NCBI RefSeq assembly: GCF_964194025.1
Contig: NC_134472.1
Coordinates: 21,204,001-21,268,000, forward strand
Direction of reading: 5' to 3'
Origin: Convolutriloba macropyga
Lineage: Eukaryota
DNA length: 64,000 bases
Every line of letters starts with the position of its first letter. Position 1 is the stretch's first letter. The notes under the pieces were generated by a model that had not been told where the DNA came from, did no database searches, and worked only from the letters and a program-made list of their open reading frames with translations. This document shows, piece after piece, positions 24,720 to 36,616 of the stretch. The translations under genes and the position numbers were made by a program.

Positions 24720-25990
24720 ACTTGTTTTTAAATCCAATACCCAATGACCTCCGGAATTGCAAAAAAAATGTCAAACTTTGAGATCACAGGGCAACTGGTC
24801 TCGATGAAATATCTTCCGAAATTTTGTAATGTAGCATTGAGGTATTTTGTCACATATCATTGGAGCTATGTAATGGATCACTAAGATTAGGATTTTTCCG
24901 AGATTGTTTGAAAATTTCACGAGTAAATCCTCTACACCACAAATGATTGAAGACCTGTATCAACCATTACCGTTCTAATTCTTTTTTATCAACAGCTGTT
25001 AAAGCATTAGAAAGAGCTCCTCGTGGATTTCTGTTTTTTTTTGTGGATGAATAGAAACTTCTGTATCCCAGGCGGTTTGGATTTTGGTTGGGACATTTAA
25101 CCTGCTCATTAAAATTACTAATTGAATCCGAGTCAGTGAATATCAGCATTTTATACAGGTGCTATTGTATTTGCGGAAAGTTTCTGACACTGTAAATCAT
25201 GGAAGAGAACTCATGAAGCCAATTTCTTAGTTTAAGTCCTATTTAAATAATGGTTACAGGTGTGTTCATGTAAATGCAACCCGTTCAGGTGTTTGACTAG
25301 TTTTATCTGGGGTACCACAGGGAAAGATTCCGGGACCGCTGCTTTCATTTTTTTTCATAATTGATAGCCCATGTGTATCTTCGCTTTTTGAATTTTTTTT
25401 CTCCCAGGTGAAACCAATGGTTTATACTCAATTTTAAAAGATGAAGCGTTTAGTCTCAGTGATGAAGATGCAAAAGTAGTGAATTGACAAACTAATGGGC
25501 TTGCTTTGATTATTGAAAAACGCAGGTTTTAAAGGTCGGATTGCCGTATCATGATGTGATTTTGAGTGGTCAAGTGTTAATTAAGCAGAGCGTAGTCAAT
25601 TATATATTTTTTGCATCAATCAAACAATTTTTTTCGCATCATGTATAGACAGTTGTGAAAATACCGAAACATATCTTTTTTAGACAGTGTCAGTTGGTAT
25701 CAAGAAGTTTTCTTATTCGATATTATAACGTGTACGTGAAACGTCTTATTTCATAGGTCGTCTTTTGTATGGGTGCACCGCGAAAACTCAATTACTGACT
25801 GGTTTTAATGTGCAAAAGATGACATCGAGAATTGTCCGTTTAAAGTCGAAAATATTACACTTTAATGATTTGAAGTGGAAGCGTCAAATATATATACGGG
25901 AGCATCAAATATATATGACATGTACACCATCGAACTCGTGCAATTCTGCATACAAACTAAAACTAACGTTTATCCGAGAGCTAGTTTGAA
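24720..25990 (+). mobile_element. Heavily decayed non-LTR retrotransposon RT relic
   Basis: Remnant motifs RATGLDEIS (about 24790), a frameshifted YRxIS-like motif (about 24968) and GVPQGKIPGPLL (25309-25344). Many stops; boundaries approximate. Confidence 0.65.
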
Positions 25991-26933
25991 TTCTTTGTTC
26001 ACACTTTAAGATGCGTAGTCAATGAGCAGGAGAAGCTATATTGTGGCTATTTGAGCTACCCGATGATAAACCTACTAATATAAAACACTCTACGGTACCG
26101 GGGGTCTAGCGTTTTGATCTATCCAGTTGTAAATCAAAGTTGATGTGCTTACGCCTGCAGCTTTGAGTTTAAGAAGGCGTCCGGAACCATATATTCTTGT
26201 TCAAAAACGGAATTTCAATTAAATTTTTTGACCTACTGGGAATTGTTATTCAAAACTCTTCCCCGATTGTTTTTTCTTTTAGCAATTTCATTAGTTATTG
26301 AAACGCGCGTTCAAATTTTTCTATTTTCCTCTGCAATGTTACCGAATGAATCGTTTTGGATTTTGTGAAAAATGTGAATTAATTCGTGAACAAAGAACTC
26401 TTAGTCTGGGTTGAAACTACACTGCGGGGGTTTTGTTTCTGTTGATTCGCATAATAACATTGCTACATTTTTAAAAAAATACAATTTTGTCCAAAAATTA
26501 CAAAATTTTACTTGGCTGATGGATTCTGTAAAGCGACATAGCTGGCATCCATTGGCAAAGCGCAGGCGTGAAAAACGTGATTAAATTATGAATAGTTGTT
26601 GCCTTTTGTAAAGCTATTGCGTTGGAATTTGTCGAAAAGATTACAACTCTTGTTGCATCTGCCAAATAATTAGAGCCTTGAGTTTTGAATAAATTCGTTT
26701 ATATTTTTATGACTTCAACTTTATTTTATTACCTCGTGTGGATTATCATCTCCCATCATTAGCAGAGCTAAACCGCAGAGTTCGGGGCTTTTACACGCCG
26801 ATCTGTCGGTTTTTGAATTGCGTGATCTCGATACTGTTTTGCACGTTTGTCCGATCAAACTAAAGCCGCAATCATGCTCCTTTTTCATTAGTATCTTTTT
26901 TTGCAATTGTTCTACTTTCAGATATCGAAACTA

Positions 26934-27746
26934 ATGGCTGTTAGTCTCATTCTAGACTGCTTACCTGCAGATTTCTCCTCAGTTTTGACGTTATGGAATA
27001 CAGAATCCCCGGAACAACTTCAAGGGTTTATGGGCGAAATTAAAAACAGGTTCCCAAATATCACCAACATTGCTTTTGAACAATTCCAGCAGATCGAGAA
27101 TTCGATGCGAGCAGCGAGTTCGTTTGATGTTGCCATTTTGACGGAGTCAATTGAAATTACGGAAGCGTTGCTCGAATTTTGCTCCAAGATCTTGAAAGCT
27201 AATGGAACTTTGATTTCCGCTGTCAGAAATGAAGCATCGCACGACCATCTGGCAAAATTGGTCAAACTTGCTGGTCTTTCTTGTCCTGAAAACTTTGAAA
27301 AGGTCTATGAGCTGTACGTTTTGAAAGCTCAGAAGAAGTTTTCAACCGGAGCTGCGCAAAAGCTAAATTTTTCGAAGTCAAAATTGTCCATTCAGAGTGC
27401 GAAAAGCTCAACCAACCAGAGTAACGGGAATGTTAAAGTGTGGAAATTGGACATGGACGACGATGATGATTTAATCGACACTGACGCTCTTTTAACCGAA
27501 AAGGATCTTAGCCGACCAACGGCTGAGTCACTCAAGGCTGAATGTGGACCTAATTCGGGTAAAAAGAAGGCTTGCAAAAATTGTACTTGTGGTTTGGCGG
27601 AAGTCTTGGAAGGAAAAGAGGCACCGGCAGTCAAGAGCAGTTGTGGATCGTGTTACCTTGGCGATGCATTCCGATGCAGTTCATGTCCATATTTGGGACT
27701 TCCGCCCTTCAAACCCGGCGAGACAGTCAAGCTGGATATATCCTAA
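26934..27746 (+). CDS. CIAPIN1: Anamorsin / Dre2 homolog (cytosolic Fe-S assembly), intronless CDS
   Basis: Methyltransferase-like N-terminal domain, acidic linker [12 protein letters not shown], and C-terminal [13 protein letters not shown] and [29 protein letters not shown]. First ATG after acceptor ctttcag is at 26934. Confidence 0.96.
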   Translation: MAVSLILDCLPADFSSVLTLWNTESPEQLQGFMGEIKNRFPNITNIAFEQFQQIENSMRAASSFDVAILTESIEITEALLEFCSKILKANGTLISAVRNEASHDHLAKLVKLAGLSCPENFEKVYELYVLKAQKKFSTGAAQKLNFSKSKLSIQSAKSSTNQSNGNVKVWKLDMDDDDDLIDTDALLTEKDLSRPTAESLKAECGPNSGKKKACKNCTCGLAEVLEGKEAPAVKSSCGSCYLGDAFRCSSCPYLGLPPFKPGETVKLDIS

Positions 27747-30405
27747 ATGTGGAGATGAGATTTTTTGTACCGCCAATCCGCAGAGCAATTGAAAGTGATC
27801 AAAATTGGACTAGAACCTAAACTTTAGGGGTCCCATGTATAGCCAGCCAACAATAATGGGAAACCAAAATATCAAACCGAAATAATAAATTTACCCCTTT
27901 GATATAGGTTTTGGTTTTTTTCGCACAACTCATCTACATTTGAGGGCAAATAATTTCGAGAACAAAGAATAAATCATTGAGTGTAGCCAAAGATTTTTAG
28001 TTTACTTATGAAATGATGATAATGCTAGCAGATGAGTCATAAAAATGGAGTGATTGGTATAAACTAGGAATATTTTATAATTTATCTAACTCTCGTATTT
28101 ATTTTTCTCAAGAACCAGAAGGTAGTTGTAAAACGGGTACACGGACAGTTGGCCTTTAACAGATGATGACGATTGCATGTGGAAGTAGTGGTAGCAGTCC
28201 ATGTCTTTTTATCCACCCTTTCTCTACATAGGGTGCATACAAAATTTTTCCACCAATCTAAATCATATATTAGGCCAAATAGCTAGAAGCATATTCTCTC
28301 AAACCTTCAGGAGTTTTTAGGCCTGTATTAAGTAGATGTGCAGAAATGTTGAGCGGATGTTACAGATTGAACCATTCAGGGAATCACTGGAAAATCGCGC
28401 AAGCAATTAAAGTCGGCTTTTACTGCACGTTTGTCTCATCTTTTTTGCCCTCCCTGACTTTGTAGCCCTCTCGCAGAAACGAAACCTCAATATTGGCACC
28501 TTCAACTGTGAACACAGGACGCTACAAAAGTGAAATGGAAAAGTCAACTTCGTGAAATGTTCTGATAAATATGTTCTCGTCATACACATTTTTAGTTGCA
28601 TTTTCTAAGTTCTTTTGAGATAACTTAGCTCCTCTCTCGCATATTCGAAATATGCTAATCAGCACTGACACTTGTTAATATAATAAAGCCCGACAAAATT
28701 TTCAATTTCTAGTATCAGGGCTTCCAATTTCCTGATAAAGTATTTTGTGTATCGACCTACCTAGTATCTGTCCCATGCTAATAGTGATAAAATTTAACAT
28801 TAAATTAATTAATTAATTATTATTAATTATTTAACATTACTTTAATTCAACTTTATTCTGAAATGAAAAGAAAAAAAAATTTAAAGTTTACCTTTCTCCC
28901 TTTTTCTCCATTCCGATGTGAGGAATGAATGTCAGAATATTGTGTTTGGAAGGCTGTTAATCTTACTTTGGTTTCTCTTTGTTCCACCCTGGTGATAGAG
29001 AATTTTTTCATATTTTTCATGAATCAGACAAAAATGAAAATCAAATGAGATCAAATATATATTTTACCATTTCCTCATTTTGTATCAGAAAGGCTTCCTT
29101 AAATTTGAAAATTTTTGCACAATTAAGATAATTTGTGAGAACGGTGCTTATCCGAAGTACGTTGTACAGTTTGATACACTTGTACGAAACTGATTTCCTC
29201 TCAATTTTTCCTTTTAACAGAGGTTCTTGAAGAAGATCTATGACTTACCGTCTTGTCGGTTTTTCTGGTTCAAAGTGAAATAAATTATTCAATTAAGTTT
29301 CACAATGATGGCCGTTGATTGATCTTAGCACAAATTTAAGTAATTCGTAGATGTGAAGTTCATACCCAGTTAAGAGGTTGTTTCTGCGGAAAATATCATC
29401 CGAACGATTACTTTGTTTTCTGGAAAAAAAAACAAATTTTTTTCTCAGAAATAAGTATGGGCATTAAAGATGAATAACTACAACATCCATATACTAAAAC
29501 TCCGTACTGAATGATCGGATTGACGTTGCGTAGATAATAGTTCAGAAGTTGTTTACGGGAAACATATCTTATTTTTGCGACCAAGCCGCTTTCGGTACTT
29601 AAATTGGATAGTACGAAATCGATGTGTTACTGAAATGACAATTTTGCATCAAGAAAAATGCCAAGATCTTACAAATTGGTTCAACTTGAACACTATTCCG
29701 ACCTAGCTTGGAGCTCAAACTGGAAGCACTCGATCCAATATTTAATTGAACTGTTTTAATGGTTAACAACTAATTTGTTTGCATTTAGCCATTTATTTGC
29801 TATCTCAAGATCCTTCTGTATAGTATGAATCTAACCGGTTATTGGGGGTTAGACTTATAAAACTGTCTAAATTGTGTGTTTTGCTTCTTTACGAGTAAGA
29901 TACATTACGATGTTTCTCAAAATATCTTCCGGTTTAGAAAAAGGATTTGGTCCACCGACTGTTAGGTTTAGCGATAAGTTCAAAGAACTGAGATTTCCTT
30001 GATTAGGCGGAAAAATTGGTAGACTTTCTTAGGTTTTTTTCTGATCTCGTCCGATATGCCTGGACTACAAAAATTTTGGTCCACGCAGCTTTGGAAATGA
30101 ACAAAATCTGAATTAATGCGCCCGAATAACGCACGTGAAAATAACGAAAATAGTGTTGAAGACAATTGATTTCATGATTTGTAAGTAGCCTCAACTTTGT
30201 AATGTTGTTTCGCTCTCAAACTTATTCTTTAGGAGGTCAGATGGTGCCAGCATGAATGCAAATAAAAGATTTCTTCATTTGTGAAGTTTTGCTCTGAAAA
30301 GTGAAGGAAAGTTATGGAAAATTCATGTATGAAATTCGGCGCGCTGTAGATACTCTTGTAAATTTGATTTCGTTTGCTTTCAGAATAACTATTTGAAACA
30401 ATGAG

Positions 30406-30939
30406 ATGAAAGAAAAGCCTCTCAGTTACTCATTTGAAGACATTTATCCTCTGATCGGGAAGCTAGTCAGAATATCACACTTGGACAACATTCCATCGTC
30501 TATCGGAAGACTTTCAATTGTTGATCCTGAATCTCTTGCTATTGTGATTGCTGTTGAACACGGTATCAGAATTGTAATCAGTAGTTCTGTTTTAGCAATT
30601 GAAGAATTTGATGCTACCCTTAGTGACTTTACTTTGCATGACCACTCTTTAAATCTGATTGATGACAACTTTAAACTGATATCTGAAGAGAAAAGCAAAC
30701 TGGATGCAAAATCCGAGGTCGCAAATTTTGACTCTGAAACTTTGTTGAAAAACAAAAAGCGCGTTTTAGAAACTCTGAAAAAGGTGCATCTTGTTTTTAC
30801 AGAAGACTCAAGCAGTGGAGTGTTGACAGTTCTTAATTGTGTCCAGATTCACAAACCTTATACAGCCTCAAGTTGCTACAGCGCCAACGAGTTAATATTG
30901 ACCAGAGTTAAGAAATTGTTGCAATCATTAGAATCATGA
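30406..30939 (+). CDS. GEMIN6: Gem-associated protein 6 (SMN complex; Sm-like fold plus AD domain)
   Basis: GRLSIVDPESLAIVI resembles GWVLTTDPVSANIVL. The C-terminus IHKPYTASSCYSANELILTRVKKLL resembles IDPPYGPENCSSSNEIILSRVQDLI. Confidence 0.88.
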   Translation: MKEKPLSYSFEDIYPLIGKLVRISHLDNIPSSIGRLSIVDPESLAIVIAVEHGIRIVISSSVLAIEEFDATLSDFTLHDHSLNLIDDNFKLISEEKSKLDAKSEVANFDSETLLKNKKRVLETLKKVHLVFTEDSSSGVLTVLNCVQIHKPYTASSCYSANELILTRVKKLLQSLES

Positions 30940-31367
30940 CTTTAAGTGAAATAGTTGACAGATTTACCAAGAAATTTGAGAAACAAATTAAAGTTGACAG
31001 CGAAGCAGACGAGAAAAAAGGTATTAGCAAAGGTTCGATTCCGAAAGAGAAGTTAGTGACTGGATTAGCGTTTGTGGGTTTTGGATCCCTATGGCTTGGA
31101 CTAGGTTTTATGGCTGGATTATCACGGGCAAAGCGGAAGAGTAAAGATCAACTGCAGCCACCTTCAACCTCGATTCATCCGAATACTTTTATGATGAAAG
31201 AAGATGGCGTGAAATTGGCCCGACGGGCTCTTGCTTATGGCTCTCTTGCGGCTATAGTGGGCGTCGCCTCTTCTGTGATTGTCACTTGCTATGCTTTAGA
31301 GATTAGATCTATTCAGGAATTGAGGGATATATCACAAGCAGCAACTCGTAGTCGGAACTGGAAATAG
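30936..31367 (+). CDS. TMEM242: Transmembrane protein 242 (DUF1358)
   Basis: Two Gly-rich hydrophobic helices separated by AKRKS. EDGVKLARRALAYGSLAAIVGV..ALEIRSIQELR resembles [33 protein letters not shown]. Confidence 0.88.
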   Translation: MTLSEIVDRFTKKFEKQIKVDSEADEKKGISKGSIPKEKLVTGLAFVGFGSLWLGLGFMAGLSRAKRKSKDQLQPPSTSIHPNTFMMKEDGVKLARRALAYGSLAAIVGVASSVIVTCYALEIRSIQELRDISQAATRSRNWK

Positions 31368-31623
31368 CAATTAGAAGTTGTTCTTTTAAAAACACTTTCA
31401 ATATATTTTTGTTTCTCCATAATTTGTTTCCGTTGACAGTTCTGATGGTTCTGCTTAGTCACTTTGAGCAAATTAACAGTAGCATCACAACGAAAAGTAA
31501 CAAAAGGGAATTGTGCTATTTCCCATAGAGCTTTTTCTGTGCCGTTGTAGGTTTAAACCTGCCCCCCTTTCAACTGAAGAATAACAAGTGGCTTATGTGA
31601 TTAATCAAGTTTTTTTCGTTTTT

Positions 31624-32015
31624 ATTGCCTTAAATCGAAATTTGTAGCAATAATAGTCATGTTGATCTTTTTTAATGAGATGTTGCGTTCTACCGACTTT
31701 TTGTCTGATAGCTGTTGTCTGACCTGAAAGGCATTAAGTCGCTGAGTGGTTTCAGTTCTCTTTGAGCTTTACAAGTGTATAAGTTACCGAAGCTGTGAGA
31801 AGATAAAAGTTAAACGTGAAGGGCCGTTGTCGGCGTTGAAACCCCCCAGCTCCACCCCCCTCAATTAAGCCACCCCATGATGCACCTCATTTTCCAACTC
31901 TTTCCCACCTCTCTCAGATAATCTTTAAGCTAGACTGCCTAGGCCCCAGCTAGCTACCGACGAAGCTAACCGCGCGACAGTTTGAGAGAAATTTTCCCGA
32001 CGCTAGTCGGTTATG
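31624..32015 (+). mobile_element. HINE-like family V element
   Basis: 5' attgcc..tttgtagcaat; 3' TTTGAGAGAAATT + CCGACGCTAGTCGG + TTATG + T-tract. Confidence 0.6.
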
Positions 32016-34412
32016 TTTTTTTGACTACGCAGTTGATATAGTTTTTGCCAATTCGTCATTTACGTTTAAGTAGGCAAACACCAGCAGAGATACATCTTGA
32101 GTGCATTTTATTTAACCATCAAATTTTAGCAAGTTGGTCAAGGAAGAAAGTTCTTCAAGGCAACAATTTGTCATTCCAACTGTGCGCCCCTCTTGCATTA
32201 TCATCATCATCAAGATAGACCACAAAAATAGTTTTATTTTCGCAACCTTTTAGGTTTATAGCAATTAAAATAGTCCTGAGTTCTTTTTGTGCGAGTTTTT
32301 GCTGGACCGATTTTTCTTCGACGATTTTAACTTTTTGTCCTCGCCCTTAAGCCCCAGCTGGGTACTACCGAATCCCACCCCTCGCCGGTCGTTTGATAGC
32401 AATCCACCCGATGTTAAGGTAGTAACGTTGAGAAAAATAAGCTCAATATTCCCGTTTTGTATAACTTCACAATTGTTTTGATTTGTTCCACGTTCTATCG
32501 ATTGGGTTGTTACATTATGTTCTGTCATGGATTGAGTTTGATTGGTTACTTAATTTTCCCCCATTTTTAAACGAAAAAATGATGCTATTTTATTCTAGCC
32601 CAGTTTTTTATTCTGACACTTTTGTGAGGCATCCCCGACTAACATATCTGGTATCAAATTGAAGCTCTATGCGTGTAGAAATTCACTACAACGAGAATTT
32701 CACGAGTTTAGCTGTTTTAGTTGTTGTGCTATTGTGTTTTACAGATCATGATCAGCTAATTGATTTGACTATTATTGCTCTTCCCTCCCTTAGAGATAGG
32801 AGATTTTGGCGTTGTTTGTGCGCTTTCTATTCAATTAAAGAGGGAAGCTGTAGAGAAGTAATTCAAGGCAGTAGTAAAGCCGGAAGACAAAATTATGGTT
32901 TTGTATGCAACGACCTGGCTGGCATTTTTCATCGGAGAAATGTGTCCATTCGAAATTTTCTATTGCTTTAGTTTCAGAAATGTTAATTGTTTGTAGTTTG
33001 CGCCATTAAGAAATCTGTTTGCGCAAAATTTTCATTATAGAGAATGTGGTCATTTTCTAACTACAATAACCGCTTTTTATTTGCTAGAGTGCGTTTGCTA
33101 TAAGATCCGGGTTTGAAAGTTTTTGAATGAAATTGATAATTTTTTTTAACTTTGCATGCTGATGTTCACACAGTCAAATGAGTTTCCATTTTCTTCTATG
33201 CTTGTTGTTCCAACTTTTTTTTCAAAATGGGAGAATATATAGGCCAGTCTGGTTTTTTCTGCAGTCAATTTTTCACCATTGTGTACGCATCGTAGCGAAA
33301 AGAGATTTTGTAGCCCGTACAAGCTAGATTTGGTTTTTATAAAAAAACTACAAATTTCATTACCGGTGTAAAATGGGGGGCTGTATACTAAAGTAATTGC
33401 TAGAAAAATTGTCATTGAATTAGATAACTACAATTTTATTCGATTATTTAAATTTGTTTGAAAACAAAACAAAGAGAAAATTTCCTTAAAAGTATTTATT
33501 CAAAAGACAGAAAACTGGAAAATTGTTTTTCCAACTTTTCGCTAGTTGTTGCTCTTCTTCCTTCTTAGTGCGCATTTTAAGCTTTAGAATGAAATTTTGT
33601 AATTCAATAGATTTTCAACTTAACGAAAAATTTGAATTGCTAAAAGAATTCCTGAATTTTTTCTGCTGAAAAACACTTGCTAAAAGTTGGTTTCTAACTG
33701 AATTCCTCCAGTCAATTTAGGCTTCTATTTGACGAAGCTTGTTTTAGTCTGATTGGTTTGGTTGAAAACTTACTTTCTACAGCTGACTCAGATCTGGTTG
33801 AATTATCATATTTTAGATTTCGCATGTATAAGCCAGTTGAAATACAAAGGAAATCATTAATCCAGTACGGAAAATGTAAAAAAAAATTACATTTCCTTCC
33901 ACTTGTCACGTAAATTTTGATTTGTATTGTTCTGATTTTGAAAAGGTTCTATTTGAAACGGTTCTCAGGACAAATGAATTGAAGATAACTTCAGACACAG
34001 CTATTACCCATAGGACAAAACTTGACATAAATAATTCTAATTTTTGATGTTTTCTTGATGTCTGGTAACACTTGTTTAAAAAATATTCAATTGAATCTTG
34101 AATCTAACTAAATGGTAAACATTTTATCAGTTGAACAAATTGTCAATGAGAAAAAATGGATGAGAAAAATACCAGTTAATACCAGTTAACTATTTGCTAC
34201 TTCTAGCGTTTAATCTGACGCCTTCACTGGAAATTGACTGTGTTAATTTAAGATAAGTTCTCTTTGCGACTAATTGCTTTTGTTGAGCAGTTAGTGAAGC
34301 TTCTTCAATTTTGTGGGAAATCTATTTATGTTGCAACATATCTGACAGTGCATGTGATTTAATGCCTCTTAAATTTGAATCAAAATGAAGATTGATTTTT
34401 AATTTTCACAAA

Positions 34413-35800
34413 TTCGTAGATCCGGACCTAACGAAATCTGAACGAGAAGTACAATATCAACTGCGCGCCGAAAAACGCAGCCTACAGCAGAAATACACTA
34501 ACAAAAGCTTTGTGATCAGAAACGGAAGAGTGACTTAACGAAAATGACTACGAAATGAAACAAGCAACTGCTAAACAAAATAAATTCTAATCAGCACGGT
34601 TTTCAACAGGGTCACTCAACAATTACGCAACTTGTTCCCTTCATTGACAAGTTTTATGCCAATTTTGACAATAATTGGGAGAAAATTGTGCTATATCTTG
34701 ACTTCAATAAAGCATTTGATACTGTCGATCATGCAACCCTTATTAGTAAACTAGGCTATTTAGGATTAGACTGAGTTTAGAAGCTTAATTAGATCATATT
34801 TGGCTGATAGATCGCAACGAGTTTATCGATGGAAACCTTTCGGAGATTGTATCTATATGTAGTGAGATTCCCCAAGGAAGTGTTTTGGAACCAATGTTGT
34901 TTTTGGTTTATAAAGACGTTACGCTGCAACTTCCCAAAAAATACAATTGTTACTGCTTTGCGGATATCAAGTTGGTGTGATCTTCAACAAATGTTTTTAG
35001 TGACAGTCAAGTGGACATCAATCGACTGTATAATTGGTCGAATTCCAACAGCCTGAACTCAATATATCAAAATGTTCTTATCAGTATTTCACAGAAAATT
35101 ACTGTTGATTTGTTTTGAAACAGCGAAAAACTGCGGAGAGTGGAATCAACGACTGATCTTGGTATTGAAGTCACTAGCTGTCTAAGATTTGATTGAAGCT
35201 AAACAAAGCAAGACAGAACTTCAATTAATTCAGAGACAATGTCCCAAACAGTTTGTCGAACAGAGTTAAATACAACCTGTATTCAGCTTGTTTTTTGTGT
35301 CTTACTGTATGATTCTCCTGCCTGTTATGCAGGTCTAACTCACTTGCGATTACTCGAGAATTGAACGAAAAATGTTTGAGTTGGTGTTTTAGTTAAAAGA
35401 GCTATCTTGATTTTTTTTGTTGGCTGCTGATACGATTCCCATCGCATACCAGCTGCTTTACATTAATCTGAAACTTTTTGCTGCCATTGCTACAGGAAAG
35501 TGTTGTATTACGTTTGAAATATTTCATTATTAAAAAGAATAACAGTTCTCCACGCAGTGACAAACAGTAATTGGTTTCTAAATGCCCACGCAAATCGGTC
35601 ACTGAACTGAATTATCATTTTTTAACAGTGGAACTCTTTTGGCTAACGATTTTAATGATTCTAGCGATATAAACATCATATTCCCCCTGCAATTATTAAA
35701 TCGCTATTAAAGGGCTTCTTCGTCACTCTACTTGATTTGAAATACGATATATCAAGAACCTGTACGTCGTCAATCAAATGCCGCTCTGCCGTTTGCAGAT
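34413..35800 (+). mobile_element. Decayed, internally deleted LINE (ORF1 tail joined to RT domain)
   Basis: FVDPDLTKSEREVQYQLRAEKR..FVIRNGRVT-stop (34413-34538), then NQHGFQQGHSTITQL, LYLDFNKAFDTVDH and SEIPQGSVLEP, with stops and frameshifts. Confidence 0.75.
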
Positions 35801-36616
35801 GTTGAACGTATCTTAGAATATTTCCTTCAAATCATTTTTCTACCGCTATCTTCTATAAAGATCTTTTTAGTACTGTCAAAATTCCCCTATTACCACTACT
35901 ACTAAAGAACTTTTTGATCAGATTGCTCCAAAACTTTGCTTCAATCTATGCTTTAGTTAGTCAAAAAGTGTTTTTCCTCTCAAAACAAGAAAATTGAGAA
36001 CGTATGTTGTAAATTTTTGCGCTATGCACAGTGTCCCACGAGCCGTCTTGTTTCAATTCCAACTAAATTCGAAAAATCAAATCAACTCAATTGAGGTTTC
36101 TCTGAAGTTTGTGGGCTGTGTTTAAAATAAACGAGATACACTTCGAAGATTTCTGTGATTTGCTGAATTGTGGGTTCCTAGAACGAATGTGTAAGCACTG
36201 TGCCTACTCATCAGATATGAGAGCTTTCCGCTTTTAACGTCATCTAAATATCTAATTTTAACTGGTGCTACAAAACTTATCTGACAGTAGATGTGCTTCA
36301 TGATTTTTGCATTTTGGTTCGACATTATCGAGCCGTGTTACCTAACTTAATTGTTGTCCAAGATTTTTTACTGGTCAAAACAGATTTCATGATTTAATGA
36401 AACATTGGTAGTAAAATGCTATGTCCGCACAGATGTGTTCTTTTTCATATTATAAGTACTCAATATTAAACAATATTGTTAAGTTATTTTTTATGACGAC
36501 TGGGGCTCTTGTCTTTTGGGTTGAAATATCTGCACGCAAGACCTGAATGAGATTTTAGTGATACAAAAATATCGAATTGGAAGCTCCCTCATTTCAATTA
36601 AATTAAGTATAAATTT

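Noticed and set aside
26545-26572. CCAAT and GCGCAGGCG promoter-like motifs upstream of CIAPIN1
   Set aside because: Too short to support without transcription start data.
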